From positions 3,264,001 through 3,328,000 of the forward strand of contig OY762897.2 of NCBI GenBank assembly GCA_963666515.2: a DNA stretch of 64,000 nt, given 5' to 3'. How positions within the stretch are numbered: position 1 is the stretch's first letter; each line of letters begins with the position of its first letter. A program made the position numbers and the translations under genes. This document shows, piece by piece, positions 30,788 to 47,095 of the stretch. A model generated the notes under the pieces. The model did not search any database, was not told the origin of the DNA, and was given only the letters and a program-made list of their open reading frames with translations. The stretch is from Candidatus Binatia bacterium (GTDB lineage: Bacteria; Desulfobacterota; Binatia; UBA9968; JAJDTQ01).

Positions 30788-32635
30788 ATGAGATCGAGTT
30801 GGCTATGGGTGTCAGCCTTGTGGGTGCTGGTCCTGGTTGCCGCGCCGGGGCTTGCGGCGTCGAGCGGCGAGGGCGTCACCAGCCACGGCATCGCCATGCA
30901 CGGCGACCTCAAGTACCCGCCGGACTTCAGGCACTTCGATTACGTGAACCCGGAGGCGCCCAGGGGCGGCTCGGTGCGGCTCCAGGCCATCGGCACCTAC
31001 GACAGCTTCAACCCCTTCATCGTCAAGGGCAGTCCGGCCGCGGGCATCGGGCGCATCTACGAGACCCTGATGGCCGGGTCCGCGGACGAGCCCTTCAGCG
31101 AGTACGGCCTGCTGGCAGAGAGCATCACCGTGCCCGAGGACCGCTCCTGGGTGCAGTTCAGGCTGCGGAAGGAGGCGCGCTGGCACGACGGCAAGCCGGT
31201 GACCGCGGACGACGTCGTCTGGACCTTCGAGACCCTGCTGACCAAGGCCGTGCCCTTCTACCGCGGGTACTACGGCGACGTGAAGAAGGTCGAGAAACTC
31301 GACCAGCGGACCGTGCGCTTCACTTTCGCCAGCGGCACCAACCGGGAGCTGCCGCTGATCCTCGGACAACTGGTGGTGCTGCCGAAGCACTACTGGGCCG
31401 GGCGGGACTTCAGCAAGACCACCCTGGAGCCGCCGCTGGGCAGCGGTTCGTACAAGATCGGCGCCTTCGAGCCCGGACGCCACGTGGAATACGAGCGCGT
31501 GGAGGACTACTGGGGTCGGGACCTCCCGGTGAACGTGGGGCGCGACAACTTCGACCGCATCCGGCATGACTACTACCGCGACGGCACGGTGTCGGTGGAG
31601 GCGTTCAAGGCCGGGGAGTACGACTTCCGCTATGAGAACAGCTCCAAGAACTGGGCCACGGCGTACGACTTTCCGGCGCTGAATCAGGGCTTGGTCAAGA
31701 AGGAGGAGATCCCCCACGACCGCTCCACCGGCATGCAGGCGTTCGCCTTCAACACCCGCCGTCCGCTGTTTCGGGACCGGAAGGTGCGGCAGGCGCTGGC
31801 CTACGCGTTCGACTTCGAATGGTCCAACCGGACCCTGTTCTATGGGCAGTACAGGCGCACCCGCAGCTACTTCGACAACTCGGAGCTGGCGGCCACCGGG
31901 CTTCCGGGGCCGGCCGAGCAGGCGATCCTGGCCCCCTACCGCGGGCGGTTGCCGGAGGAGGTCTTCACCAAGGCGTACGAGCCGCCGGCCACCGACGGTT
32001 CGGGCCGCATCCGCGCCAATCTCCGGGAGGCGTCGAAGTTCTTGCGGGAGGCCGGCTGGGGCATCGACAAGACCACCCGCAAGCTCACCCACAAGGCCGG
32101 CGGCCGGACCATGGAGTTCGAGATCCTGCTGGTGAGCCCGCTGTTCGAGAGAATCGTCCTGCCCTTCAAGAAGAACCTGGCCCGGCTCGGCATCGCCGCG
32201 GCCGTGCGCACGGTGGACAGCGCCCAGTACCGGCGCCGGCTGGACGACTTCGACTTCGACGTGGTGATCGGGAGCTGGGGCCAGTCGCTGTCGCCGGGGA
32301 ACGAGCAGCGCGACTTCTGGGGCTCGGACTTCGCCGGCCGGCCCGGCAGCCGCAACCTCATGGGCATCGAGGACCCGGTGGTGGACGCCCTCATCGAGGG
32401 CGTGGTCAAGGCGCCGGACCGCAAGAGCCTGGTGACCCACGTGCGCGCGCTGGACCGGGTGCTCCAGTGGGGCCACTGGGTGATCCCCCAGTGGCACATC
32501 CCCTACGATCGCCTGGTCTACTGGGACCGGTTCGGCCGCCCCGAGGTCACCCCCACCCAAGGGGTGCAGTTCGACACTTGGTGGATCGACACCGGGAAGG
32601 CCGAAGCGCTGGAGGCAAAGCGCAAGGGCGGTTAG
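30788..32635 (+). CDS. yejA: Peptide ABC transporter substrate-binding protein, YejA-like
   Basis: Signal peptide; [55 protein letters not shown]. Confidence 0.88.
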   Translation: MRSSWLWVSALWVLVLVAAPGLAASSGEGVTSHGIAMHGDLKYPPDFRHFDYVNPEAPRGGSVRLQAIGTYDSFNPFIVKGSPAAGIGRIYETLMAGSADEPFSEYGLLAESITVPEDRSWVQFRLRKEARWHDGKPVTADDVVWTFETLLTKAVPFYRGYYGDVKKVEKLDQRTVRFTFASGTNRELPLILGQLVVLPKHYWAGRDFSKTTLEPPLGSGSYKIGAFEPGRHVEYERVEDYWGRDLPVNVGRDNFDRIRHDYYRDGTVSVEAFKAGEYDFRYENSSKNWATAYDFPALNQGLVKKEEIPHDRSTGMQAFAFNTRRPLFRDRKVRQALAYAFDFEWSNRTLFYGQYRRTRSYFDNSELAATGLPGPAEQAILAPYRGRLPEEVFTKAYEPPATDGSGRIRANLREASKFLREAGWGIDKTTRKLTHKAGGRTMEFEILLVSPLFERIVLPFKKNLARLGIAAAVRTVDSAQYRRRLDDFDFDVVIGSWGQSLSPGNEQRDFWGSDFAGRPGSRNLMGIEDPVVDALIEGVVKAPDRKSLVTHVRALDRVLQWGHWVIPQWHIPYDRLVYWDRFGRPEVTPTQGVQFDTWWIDTGKAEALEAKRKGG

Positions 32636-32657
32636 CGGCCGACCGGCCCCTCCCCTC

Positions 32658-33773
32658 ATGTTCGCGTACATCATACGCCGGCTGCTGCTGATCGTGCCGA
32701 CGCTGATCGGGATCATGGTGCTGAACTTCGTGATCATCCACTCGGCGCCGGGGGGGCCGGTAGAGCAGCTCCTGGCGAAGCTCCAGCAGACCGACGTGTC
32801 CGCCACCGAACGGTTCAGCGGCGGCGGCGACCAGCGGGAGGTGGAGTCCTCGGCCCAGCAGTCGCGGGACGCGGGGAGCGGCACGGCCGGCAGGTATCGC
32901 GGCGCCCGGGGCATCGATCCGGAGTTCATCAAGGAAATCGAGCGGCAGTTCGGCTTCGACAAGCCGGCCCACGAGCGTTTCCTGCTCATGATGGGCAACT
33001 TCCTGCGCTTCGACTTCGGCGACAGCTTCTTCCGCGACCGCTCGGTGGTGCAGCTCGTGGTGGACAAGTTGCCGGTATCCATCTCGCTGGGACTCTGGAC
33101 CACACTGCTGGTCTACCTGGTCTCCATTCCCCTGGGGGTGGCCAAGGCGGTGCGCGACGGCTCGCGCTTCGACGTCTGGAGTTCCGGCGCGGTGATCATG
33201 GGCAACGCGGTGCCGGGGTTCCTGTTCGCCATCCTGCTGATCGTGCTGTTCGCCGGCGGCCGCTACCTCGACTGGTTCCCGCTGCGCGGCCTGGTGTCGG
33301 ACAACTGGAGCGACCTGGGCTTCTGGCAGCGCATCACCGACTACCTCTGGCACATCACCTTGCCGGTGGTGTCCATGGTCATCGGCGGCTTCGCCGGCCT
33401 CACCATGCTCACCAAGAACTCGTTCCTGGACCAGATCAACCAGCAGTACGTGATGACCGCCCGGGCCAAGGGGCTGAGCGAGCGCCGGGTGCTGTACCGC
33501 CACGTGTTCCGGAACGCCATGCTCATCGTCATCGCCGGCTTTCCCGGCGCCTTCGTCGGGGTGCTGTTCACCGGTGCGCTCCTGACCGAAGTGATCTTCT
33601 CGCTGGACGGGGTCGGCCTGCTGGGTTTCGAGGCGGCCATCAACCGGGACTACCCGGTGATGTTCGGCACGCTCTACTTCTTCACCCTGCTGGGGCTCGT
33701 GATGAAGCTGGTGGAGGACCTCACCTACGTGGTGGTGGATCCGCGCATCGACTTCGAGAGCCGGGAGACCTGA
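32658..33773 (+). CDS. yejB: Peptide ABC transporter permease, YejB-like
   Basis: [49 protein letters not shown]. Confidence 0.9.
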   Translation: MFAYIIRRLLLIVPTLIGIMVLNFVIIHSAPGGPVEQLLAKLQQTDVSATERFSGGGDQREVESSAQQSRDAGSGTAGRYRGARGIDPEFIKEIERQFGFDKPAHERFLLMMGNFLRFDFGDSFFRDRSVVQLVVDKLPVSISLGLWTTLLVYLVSIPLGVAKAVRDGSRFDVWSSGAVIMGNAVPGFLFAILLIVLFAGGRYLDWFPLRGLVSDNWSDLGFWQRITDYLWHITLPVVSMVIGGFAGLTMLTKNSFLDQINQQYVMTARAKGLSERRVLYRHVFRNAMLIVIAGFPGAFVGVLFTGALLTEVIFSLDGVGLLGFEAAINRDYPVMFGTLYFFTLLGLVMKLVEDLTYVVVDPRIDFESRET

Positions 33774-33822
33774 CCGCGCGCCCGGACCCGCCCGCCGGAA
33801 ACCAACGCACTCTGCTGCCCGC

Positions 33823-36612
<2,790 letters not shown>

Positions 36613-37383
36613 CGACGCCCTCGGGAAGGTCCTGGACGAAGTGGGACTCCGGCAGGGTGACGTTCAGTTCGGGTTTGTCGTAGCGGATCTGGTAGGAGCG
36701 CCGAAGCGGCGGGGTCTCCAGCGTTATCTTCAGCGGGAAACGCCCGAACGGCGTGTCGGAGAGGTCCTCGAAGGTCGCGACGTACCAGGGCTTTCCGGAC
36801 GGCCCGATGCGTTGCCAGCGGACGGGCGCGGTGACCTCCGCATCGAAGGTGAGGACGTCGGTGCTACCGTCCGCGCGGACGCGCCGCAACGCGAGCGCTC
36901 CGGCGTCCCAGGACGCTTTCGCATCGACCGGCGGAAGGCCCATCATCAACGCCACCATTTCGTCCAGCTCCAGGAGCATCTGGGTGGCGCGGTACAGGTT
37001 CTGCCGGGAAGCTTTGCCGCGGTAGAACCGCGCCTTGGAGGGCAGGAAACCGGTGACCTCGCCGTCGTCCACCGTGAGGATCAGCGCCGCGCCCACGACG
37101 GAAAACGCCTCGAACCTCAGCCGGCCGGGCCTGCGGACCAGCACCGCGGCATTGAACGCGCCTCTCCCGGCGCCGGTCCGGTAGCTGATCCGCGCCAGGC
37201 TCCGCAGCGACCGGAGCGCCTTGTCCCGTTCGCCCAGGAGCGCGGCAAGGCGGGGGTTGGGACCTTGGGGCTGGGGCACGGGCTTCGGCTCGGGAGCGCT
37301 CTCCTGGACCGAGCAACCCGCCAGCAGGCCGGCGACGCACAGCCCCGCCGCCATCGTGCGGATTCGTTTCCACTGCGACCGCT

Positions 37384-39105
37384 TCAAACCCCTCGCTCCA
37401 ACTCCGCGATCTTCGACCGGATCCGCTGCACCTGCTCGTCCTCGGTGGCCGACTTCAGCGCGTCGCGATAGCTCCGCAACGCCTTGCCGGGCTTGCCGAC
37501 CTTGAGATAGGCGTCGCCGAGGTGCTCGATGATGACGGGGTCGTCCACCACCAGGTGCACGGCCTTCTCCAACTGCTCGATGGCGCGCCGGTAGTCGCCC
37601 TTCTGGTAGTAAACCCAGCCGAGGCTGTCGATGTAGAAACCATCGTTGGGCGCGATCTCCAGCGCGCGGATGATGAGCCGTTCCGCCCGGTCCAGCTCCA
37701 CGCCCATGTCGGCGTAGGTGTATCCCAGGTAGTTCAGCGCCGCAGCGTAGTCCGGGTTCAGCTCGATGGCCTTCTGCATGTACTCGATGGTCTTGTCCTT
37801 GTTCTTGCTCTCGTCGTAGAGCGCTCCCAACGCGAAGTGCACGCGGTCGCTTCCCGGATCCAGCTCGACCACCGTGTGCATGGCCTCGATGGCATTGGGG
37901 TAGTCCTTGGCCTGACGGTATATCTCGGCCAGAAAACGGAACAGCTCCTTGCGCCGCCGGTCGTCCTTTTCGATGGCGGCGCGGATGGCGGCCACCGCCT
38001 CGGAATACTTCTCCTGTTTCTCGTAGAGCGAAGCGAGCTGCACCCGGGAATCGACGAAATACTCGCTGTCTGCGGCGACGTGCCGGAACTGGCGCGCCGC
38101 CCCCCCGGAATCCTCCAGCCGGCTGTAGGTCAGGCCCAGGAAGAACCGTACACGGTCGTCGTCAGGCCGCTCCGCGAGGGCCAGATTGAACTCCGTGACC
38201 GCGGCCTCCAGGTTGCCGAGCTCGTAGTGGACCAGCGCCACCTTCATCCGGGCCACGCCGGGCGCGGCCTCCCGGGAGCGCAGGCGGTCGAACTCGGCGC
38301 GCGCGCCCGCCAGGTCCCGGTCGCCCGAGCGAAGGGCCTCGACGCGGCTGCCGGCCCAGCCGTTGCGCGGATCGGCCTTGAGGAGCTTCTCGTAGGTCTC
38401 CAGCGCGGCGCCGGGGCGGCCGCGGAACTCGCGGACCAGTCCCAGTTCCGTGAGCAACGGCACCGACGACGGGTGCAGCTTGAGGGCCGTCTCGTAGCTC
38501 TTTTCCGCGTCCGCCAGCTCCCCGGACTCCGCCAGGGTCCGTCCAAGGTAGTAGTGGCCCAACGGCGATACGGGATTGCGTTTCGCGTACCGCTCCAGGT
38601 GCTCCCGCGCGGGTTCGTATTGCGCCCGGTCGAAATGGATGGCGCCAAGGTAGAGGAGTGTCCGGGCGTCGTCCGGGTCGGTTTCCAGCAGCTCCCGGTA
38701 CACCCGGATTGCCTCCGATACCTTTCCCGAGGCGCTGTAGAGCCCGGCCAGCAACCGGCGGCTTTCCCGGTCCTCGCCATCGAGCCGCACCGCGGCCTCC
38801 GCCTCGCCCAGGGCGTTGTCGATCTCGCCGAGGCCGAGATGGGACCTGGCCAGACGCGCGCGCAGGAAAGCGCTGGAGGGATCGTGACGGGCCGCCGCCT
38901 CGTAGTGCTCGTGGGCCGCGTGGGAATCGCCGGCAAGCAGGTCCATCCGAGCCCTCAGGTATCGGTACATGGCCTGGGCTTCCGGCGGGACCGTTACCGC
39001 CTCCGCGTTTGCAAGGGGACCGGGCGATGGCTCGGAAACCGGCTCGGCGGGACCGCAACCCGCGAGCAGCAGTGCGAAAACGATTCCCCAGCCAAGGTTG
39101 CGCAT
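37384..39105 (-). CDS. TPR-repeat lipoprotein
   Basis: Lipobox LAGC; many TPRs; ALNYLGYTYAD...YIDSLGWVYY...EHLGD. Confidence 0.9.
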   Translation of the reverse strand: MRNLGWGIVFALLLAGCGPAEPVSEPSPGPLANAEAVTVPPEAQAMYRYLRARMDLLAGDSHAAHEHYEAAARHDPSSAFLRARLARSHLGLGEIDNALGEAEAAVRLDGEDRESRRLLAGLYSASGKVSEAIRVYRELLETDPDDARTLLYLGAIHFDRAQYEPAREHLERYAKRNPVSPLGHYYLGRTLAESGELADAEKSYETALKLHPSSVPLLTELGLVREFRGRPGAALETYEKLLKADPRNGWAGSRVEALRSGDRDLAGARAEFDRLRSREAAPGVARMKVALVHYELGNLEAAVTEFNLALAERPDDDRVRFFLGLTYSRLEDSGGAARQFRHVAADSEYFVDSRVQLASLYEKQEKYSEAVAAIRAAIEKDDRRRKELFRFLAEIYRQAKDYPNAIEAMHTVVELDPGSDRVHFALGALYDESKNKDKTIEYMQKAIELNPDYAAALNYLGYTYADMGVELDRAERLIIRALEIAPNDGFYIDSLGWVYYQKGDYRRAIEQLEKAVHLVVDDPVIIEHLGDAYLKVGKPGKALRSYRDALKSATEDEQVQRIRSKIAELERGV

Positions 39106-39268
39106 GATATTTTCCGGAACGGAAAATGCACAAGATAGCTATCACAGGCGCCGGGACCGGTCAACGACGGACGCGATCCGGCATCGTCACCGGCAGAGGG
39201 AGGTCGCAGGGCAACTGCTTGAATTCCCTGGATGATATTCTATCTTCCTATCAAGGCTACGGAATTGA

Positions 39269-41299
<2,031 letters not shown>

Positions 41300-41308
41300 C
41301 GGGCGGGG

Positions 41309-41384
41309 GGACGGCGGCGGGACAAGCCCCCGGATGACGAAGGGCGGACCCAACGTCATCCGGGGGCTTGTCCCGCCGCCGTCC
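41309..41384. repeat. Conserved-core palindrome, copy 3
   Basis: 31-bp perfect arms (41309-41339/41354-41384), loop AAGGGCGGACCCAA. Confidence 0.92.
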
Positions 41385-41429
41385 GTAGAGGATGAAAACC
41401 GGCCTGCATGACCGGGCATTGGCTGGAAC

Positions 41430-42251
41430 ATGCTGTACGTGGTGGCAACGCCAATCGGGAACCTGGAGGACGTCACGTTGCGGGCGTTGCGCGTGCTGCG
41501 GGAGGTGGACCTCATCGCTGCGGAGGACACCCGCCACACCCGGAAGCTGCTGGAACGGTACGACATCGACACGCCGCTGACGAGCTACCACGACCGCAAC
41601 GAACGGACCAAGGCCGCCGCGTTGGTGCGGCGGCTGGAGGTGGGCGAGAGCATCGCGCTGGTGTCGGACGCGGGCACGCCGACGATTTCGGACCCGGGCT
41701 ACCACCTGATCCGGGCAGCGGTGGAGAGGGGTATGCCGGTGACCCCGGTGCCGGGGGTGTCCGCGGCCACCGCGGCGTTGAGCGTGTGCGGGTTGGCCAC
41801 GGACCGGTTCGTGTTCCAGGGGTTCCTGCCGGCGCGGCAGAGCCGGCGGAGGGAAGCGTTGCGGCAACTCCAGGGCGAGGAGCGCACCCTGGTGTTCTAC
41901 GAGGCGCCGCACCGGATCCGGCAGGCGCTGGCGGATATGCACGAGGTGCTGGGGGACCGGGCCGCGCTGGTGGGGCGCGAACTGACCAAGGTGCATGAAG
42001 AGTTGCTGCGCGGGACGCTGTCTCAACTGGCTGCGGGACCGGAAGAGGCGGCGGCGCGCGGGGAGTTCGTCATCGTGGTGGCCGGCCGCGACGGGACGCC
42101 CGAGGTGGACGAGAAGACACTGCGGGCGGAGGTCGAAAGGCTGCTTGAAGCCGGACATACGGCCAACGAGACGGCCAAAGTCCTGGCGAAGACGTTCTCA
42201 CTGGCGAAACGCGATGTCTACAAGCTAGTGCTGAAGGTGGCCAAGAGGTGA
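41430..42251 (+). CDS. rsmI: 16S rRNA C1402 2'-O-methyltransferase
   Basis: LYVVATPIGNLED, AEDTR, VSDAGTP.ISDPG, FYEAPHR, RELTKVHEE. Confidence 0.96.
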   Translation: MLYVVATPIGNLEDVTLRALRVLREVDLIAAEDTRHTRKLLERYDIDTPLTSYHDRNERTKAAALVRRLEVGESIALVSDAGTPTISDPGYHLIRAAVERGMPVTPVPGVSAATAALSVCGLATDRFVFQGFLPARQSRRREALRQLQGEERTLVFYEAPHRIRQALADMHEVLGDRAALVGRELTKVHEELLRGTLSQLAAGPEEAAARGEFVIVVAGRDGTPEVDEKTLRAEVERLLEAGHTANETAKVLAKTFSLAKRDVYKLVLKVAKR

Positions 42252-42301
42252 TGACGGTGGAAGAGTGACGGCACCATCAGTTGAGCCGACTCATCGTCCC
42301 C

Positions 42302-42526
42302 TCACTCGCGGTTGCCTCGTATCTCGCCTCGTAGTTCTGAAAGCTCCCGCGCCAAAGCGTGAAACTCCTTCCGCAACCCCTCCAAACCAAGCTCCAACCG
42401 GTTGATCCGGTCGTCCAACCGGTCGATTCGGCCGTCCAGCCGGTTCTCCAGCCGAACCATCACGCGCCAGTTGAATGCCACAACGGCTATCCCAACGCTG
42501 ACTATCGCGATGATCTCACCCGTCAC
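42302..42526 (-). CDS. Small protein: N-terminal TM plus heptad coiled coil
   Basis: IIAIVSVGIAVVAF then RLDGRIDRLDDRINRLE; SD GAGGA; AT-rich upstream region. Confidence 0.65.
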   Translation of the reverse strand: MTGEIIAIVSVGIAVVAFNWRVMVRLENRLDGRIDRLDDRINRLELGLEGLRKEFHALARELSELRGEIRGNRE

Positions 42527-42672
42527 GTCTCGTCCTCGCAGGCCCCGTGCGATTGTGTCTCATACATAATAGTTTCGGCCTTTGCCGTCAATTCTTTAAT
42601 CATTGTTCTTCTTCAAAATAAAATATGTCCTTTCTCGGACCGGCTCCCGGCGTCCGGGCCCTTGGCGCGGGT

Positions 42673-43488
42673 CTACCTGCCCCAGTCCCGGGAATACCGG
42701 AAGTCGCGGTCGATGGTGCGGTGGGAGACCTTGGCGATGACCGGGAGGCGGCGCTTGAACTGGGAGGTCTGGATGCGGCGGGCGATGTCGTCGACGAAGT
42801 CGGGGGTGAAACCCGCGTCGATGAGTTCCGGGCGGCCGTAGCGCTGGTCCACCATCAGGTAGAGCAGCTCGTCCACCTCGCGGTAGCTGAAGCCCAGTTC
42901 GGCCTCGTCGGTCTGGCCTTCCCACAAGTCGGCCGAAGGTTTCTTGTCGACGATCGCGCCGGGAACGCCGACGGCCCCGCTCAGAGCCCAGACCTGAGTC
43001 TTGTAGAGGTCCCCCAGGGGGTTGAGGGCGGAGGCCATGTCGCCGTGGAGGGTGCCGTAGCCCAGCAGCAGCTCGGTCTTGTTGCTGGTGCCCGCCACCA
43101 GGGCGTTCCAGCGCGCGGAGTGGTCGTAGAGGATGGTCATCCGTTCGCGAGCCATCTTGTTCCCCCGGCGCTTGGGGTCGGCGTCCGGGAACCTTTCGAA
43201 ATAGGCGTCGATCTGGGGGGTGATCTCGACGGTGGCGGAGCGGATGCCGCTCTTCTCCACCACCAACCGGGCGTGCTCCAGGCTCTCGGCGCTCGAGGTC
43301 CGGTAGGGCATCATGATGCCCAGCACCTGGTCCGGACCGAGGGCTTCCGCCGCCAGCATGGCGCTGAGGCTCGAATCCACTCCGCCGGACAGGCCAACCA
43401 CCACGCGTTCGAGGCCGACCTTGCGCACCTCGTTGCGGATGAACGCCACCAGGATGCGGCGCATCAGCGAGACGTTGGTGGGGATCAT
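42673..43488 (-). CDS. nadE: NAD+ synthetase, synthetase subunit
   Basis: [50 protein letters not shown]. Confidence 0.93.
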   Translation of the reverse strand: MIPTNVSLMRRILVAFIRNEVRKVGLERVVVGLSGGVDSSLSAMLAAEALGPDQVLGIMMPYRTSSAESLEHARLVVEKSGIRSATVEITPQIDAYFERFPDADPKRRGNKMARERMTILYDHSARWNALVAGTSNKTELLLGYGTLHGDMASALNPLGDLYKTQVWALSGAVGVPGAIVDKKPSADLWEGQTDEAELGFSYREVDELLYLMVDQRYGRPELIDAGFTPDFVDDIARRIQTSQFKRRLPVIAKVSHRTIDRDFRYSRDWGR

Positions 43489-43493
43489 CGGAA

Positions 43494-44339
43494 CTACTCG
43501 TTGCGGATCCGCTCCAGCTCGCGGATGGTGAGGTCCACGTCCTCGTCGCGCATGAGCGGGGCGCGCGTGCGCTTGCGCCGCACGACCTCGTGCGCCACGT
43601 CGCCGAAAACGAACTCCTCCTCGTAGTAGCCGGCCTTGCACACCGTGCGCCCAAAGGGGTCGAGGATGCCGGAACCGCCCCAGAAGCCCACGCCATCCTC
43701 GAAGCCGACCCGGTTGGCGTGGACCACGAAGACGCCGTAGGTCTCGGCATAGCTCCGGGTGATCAGCTCCCAGTAACGCGCGTTGTCGTCCTGGTCCGCG
43801 CCGTCGGTGACGCCCCGTAGCGGGCTGGAAGACGGACAGAGGATGGAAAGCGCCCCGTCGAGCGCCGCCAGGTAGACCGTGGAGGGGTGCCACATGTCCT
43901 CGCAGACCAGCAGCGCGAGGCGGCCGTGCCGGGTGTCGAACGCCCGCAGCCGGTCGCCCCGGGCGAAGTAGCGCTGCTCGTCGAACATGCCGTAGGTGGG
44001 CAGGTACGCCTTCCGGTGGACATGACGGACCTCGCCGTCCTCCAGGTACACCGCGGCGTTGAAGAACCGGTGGTCCCGGCTCTCCAGCACCAGTCCCGCC
44101 ACCAGCGACACCTCCCGGCTCAGTGCTTTGAGCCGCTCCATCTCCGGGCTCGACGGCCGCACCGCCACGTCCGGCACCATGTCGCGCAGGAAGTAACCCG
44201 TGAGGCTCAGCTCCGGGAAGACCACGAGGTCCGCGTCCCGGCCGGCCGCCTCCCGCACGCCGGCCTCGTAGAGGGCCATGTTCGCGGCGACGTCGCCCAG
44301 TTTCGGGTTGATCTGCGCCATGCCGACTCGGAACGACAT
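43494..44339 (-). CDS. Carbon-nitrogen hydrolase, probable glutaminase subunit of NAD synthetase
   Basis: Triad motifs [29 protein letters not shown]; 5 nt upstream of nadE. Confidence 0.88.
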   Translation of the reverse strand: MSFRVGMAQINPKLGDVAANMALYEAGVREAAGRDADLVVFPELSLTGYFLRDMVPDVAVRPSSPEMERLKALSREVSLVAGLVLESRDHRFFNAAVYLEDGEVRHVHRKAYLPTYGMFDEQRYFARGDRLRAFDTRHGRLALLVCEDMWHPSTVYLAALDGALSILCPSSSPLRGVTDGADQDDNARYWELITRSYAETYGVFVVHANRVGFEDGVGFWGGSGILDPFGRTVCKAGYYEEEFVFGDVAHEVVRRKRTRAPLMRDEDVDLTIRELERIRNE

Positions 44340-44450
44340 GAAGGGGTGGCTACCACATTTCCGCGAGGGGAGAAAGCGGCGACCGACCGGCGCGGACCCG
44401 GTCTCAGGGACTCCTGGAATTCGGCAGGGCTATTGGCTACATCAAGGCTC

Positions 44451-45521
44451 ATGGACGGGTTCAAGGACGTGGTGGCCGGGAAGGTGGCAGAGGCATTCGG
44501 CGCGGACGCGCGGGTGACGGGACTGGACGCGCTGGCCGGGGACGCGTCGTCCCGGCGCTATTTCCGGGCCCGCATCGATGCGCCGGAAGCGCCGGTTTCG
44601 GCCATCGTGATGAGCTGGAGCGACTCGGGCCTGCCGGTCTCGTCGGAGGAGCTGGCGGTGTTCAAGAAGCCGCCGGAGGAGTTGCCGTTCCTGAGCGTGC
44701 ACCGGTTCCTCGAGAGCGTCGGGGTGCGGGTGCCGGCGGTGTACGGGCAATGGGCGGAGCAGGGGCTGTTGCTGCTGGAGGACCTGGGAGACGTGAGCCT
44801 TTGGGACCGGGTGCGGGCGGCGCCGGAAGCGGATGTGATCGGGTGGTACTGCAAGGCCATCGACGAGCTGCTGGTGCTGCAGGTGGCCGGCACCAGGACC
44901 CGGGACGACCGCTGCGTGGCTTTCAGCCAGGCATTCGACCGGCGGCTTTACCTATGGGAATTCGCCCACTTCGTCGAATACGGTCTGGAGGCGGGAGACA
45001 ACGGCAGCCTGCCGAGGACGGAAAGGCGGCTCCTGGACCAGGCCTTTGAAGGCATCGCCGGGCACCTTTCCAACCGGCCGCGTGTGCTCAATCACCGGGA
45101 CTACCATAGCTGGAACCTGATGGTGCACGGCGACGCGGTGGCGGTCATCGACTTTCAGGACGCGCTGCTGGCGCCGGCGCAATACGATCTGGCGTCGCTG
45201 CTGAACGACCGGGAGACCGACCAGGTGGTCACGCCCGCGGTGGAAATGCGGCTGGTGGACTACTATATCCTGCGCCTGGAGGAATGGGGAGAGCCCCGGC
45301 CGACCCGGGACGAGTTCTGGGAGACCTACCTGCTTTCGGCCCTCCAGCGGGACTTCAAGGTGGTCGGCCGGTTCCGGTACCTCGACGTGGTCAAGGGCAA
45401 ATCCGGCTACAAGCGGTACATCGCCCCGACATTGAAACGGATCGGGAGGAACCTCCGGCGGGTGCCAGGGCTGGAACGCCTGATCCCGGTCCTGGCGGCG
45501 CACTTCGCGGATATCTCGTGA
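44451..45521 (+). CDS. Phosphotransferase, AmgK-like MurNAc/GlcNAc kinase
   Basis: GDASSRRYFR, LLEDLGD, HRDYHSWNL, IDFQDA, YDLASLL; coupled to nucleotidyltransferase. Confidence 0.85.
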   Translation: MDGFKDVVAGKVAEAFGADARVTGLDALAGDASSRRYFRARIDAPEAPVSAIVMSWSDSGLPVSSEELAVFKKPPEELPFLSVHRFLESVGVRVPAVYGQWAEQGLLLLEDLGDVSLWDRVRAAPEADVIGWYCKAIDELLVLQVAGTRTRDDRCVAFSQAFDRRLYLWEFAHFVEYGLEAGDNGSLPRTERRLLDQAFEGIAGHLSNRPRVLNHRDYHSWNLMVHGDAVAVIDFQDALLAPAQYDLASLLNDRETDQVVTPAVEMRLVDYYILRLEEWGEPRPTRDEFWETYLLSALQRDFKVVGRFRYLDVVKGKSGYKRYIAPTLKRIGRNLRRVPGLERLIPVLAAHFADIS

Positions 45522-46255
45522 AGGCGATGCTCTTCGCCGCGGGTCTGGGAACCCGGCTGCGGCCCCTCACCGACACCTTGCCCAAGTGCCTCGTCCCGGT
45601 CAACGGCCGACCCATGATCGACTACCCGCTGATGCTGCTGCGCCACTACGGGATCCGCGAGATCGTGGTCAACGTCCACCATCACGCCGAAAAGGTGGAG
45701 GAACACCTGGGCGACGGCTCGCGTTTCGGCGTGGACATCGTCTATTCCCGGGAACCCGTGCTGCTGGATACCGGCGGCGGCCTGCTGGGGGCGAAGCAGT
45801 TTCTGGACCAGGACACCTTCGTGATCGTGAACAGCGACGTGCTGATCGATCTGCGGCTGGACGAGACCCTGCGGTTTCACCGCGAGCACGGGGCGGCGGC
45901 CACCCTGGTGCTGCGCAAGGACCCGCTGGCGGAGGCCTACGGGGCCATCTGGACCGATGCGGAGGGAAGGATACGGAAGCTGCTGCACCATGATGCGCCC
46001 GGAGGCGGCGCCGGCGCTCTGGAGCAGTACATGTTCACCGGAGTTCAAGTGGTGGAGCCCCGGATATTCCGGTACATGGAAGGCCCCGAACCCTTCAGCA
46101 TCACCCGCACCACCTACCCGCGAATGCTCGCCAGTTCCGAGCGCCTTTGCGGCTTTCCGTTCGACGGAGAGTGGCAAGACATGGGGACCCCGGAGCGGCT
46201 GGCGGCGACGGAAATGAAATTGCGAGACGGTGGCCTCAGGCCCCACTATCTCTAA
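45518..46255 (+). CDS. Nucleotidyltransferase, MurU-like
   Basis: KAMLFAAGLGTRLRPLT..PK, LLDTGGG, VNSD, WQDMGTPE; GTG start overlapping upstream stop. Confidence 0.88.
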   Translation: MKAMLFAAGLGTRLRPLTDTLPKCLVPVNGRPMIDYPLMLLRHYGIREIVVNVHHHAEKVEEHLGDGSRFGVDIVYSREPVLLDTGGGLLGAKQFLDQDTFVIVNSDVLIDLRLDETLRFHREHGAAATLVLRKDPLAEAYGAIWTDAEGRIRKLLHHDAPGGGAGALEQYMFTGVQVVEPRIFRYMEGPEPFSITRTTYPRMLASSERLCGFPFDGEWQDMGTPERLAATEMKLRDGGLRPHYL

Positions 46256-46938
46256 TCGTCCTTCCTATCCCGCCGGGAATCCAGATACTCGCTGAGGCGT
46301 TGGTCCTCCTCGGCGTCGTAGAGTTCGCGGTCGACGCGGTGCAGCAGGAGTTCACCCGACTGAATGATCCGGCGTTTCTCCACGACGCCCTTACGGGCCA
46401 ATGAAATGCTTCGCCGGAGGGCGCGGCGCACGACCCCTCTGCCGTCCCAGAACTCGTCCGGGATTTCCTGGTAGCCCTCTTTCGTCGCCTTGACCAGCAA
46501 CGTCAGGCCTCCCTTGAAGCTCTCCAGGCCGGCCTCGTCGTCGCCCTGCCGCATCTGCGTCAAACCCAGGACGATCCAGCCTATCTCGTCCTCGCGATTC
46601 AGGGCCAGTGCGCGTTTCAACACTTCGAAAGACGAGCCGTACCTGCCCGCATAGTAGTAGGCACGCCCTAGCTGCGTGAGGCTGTCCTTGTACTTGGGGT
46701 TCCTGCGGACCACGTACTCAAGGTGCACGATGGCCTTCTTGACGTTCCCGCCCCGCTGTGTCTTGCCCAACTCCAGCAACGCGTCGTTGTAGTTGCCGCC
46801 GACGCCGATGCCTGGAGGCCTCCAACAGCCCGAAAGGGACGTCACCAGAATACTCGAAAACACAACCGCACCGAGCAGTCCCCAAGTCATGTGCCCGAAT
46901 CGCACCATTTGCTCCCCCATGAACCCTTGCTTCACCAA
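46252..46938 (-). CDS. TPR-containing lipoprotein
   Basis: Lipobox LSGC, TPR-like helices (LGRAYY, LGLTQ); start uncertain. Confidence 0.7.
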   Translation of the reverse strand: MVKQGFMGEQMVRFGHMTWGLLGAVVFSSILVTSLSGCWRPPGIGVGGNYNDALLELGKTQRGGNVKKAIVHLEYVVRRNPKYKDSLTQLGRAYYYAGRYGSSFEVLKRALALNREDEIGWIVLGLTQMRQGDDEAGLESFKGGLTLLVKATKEGYQEIPDEFWDGRGVVRRALRRSISLARKGVVEKRRIIQSGELLLHRVDRELYDAEEDQRLSEYLDSRRDRKDD

Positions 46939-47030
46939 CCGTAACCGACCAAGTATCGACCGTGCCGCCGTTGCGAGTATCTATTCCACTTATCGCTGTT
47001 CGTCAAGCGAATCTGGTCTCTCTTTCGTTC

Positions 47031-47072
47031 AAACAAAAAACAGGGCCGCCCCGTGGCGGAGCGGCCCTGTTT
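47031..47072 (-). terminator. Intrinsic terminator of the left porin gene
   Basis: Stem AAACAGGGCCGC/GCGGCCCTGTTT with U-tract on the minus strand, just past stop at 47096. Confidence 0.85.
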
Positions 47073-47095
47073 GCTATTCGGTTCGGGATGAACCG

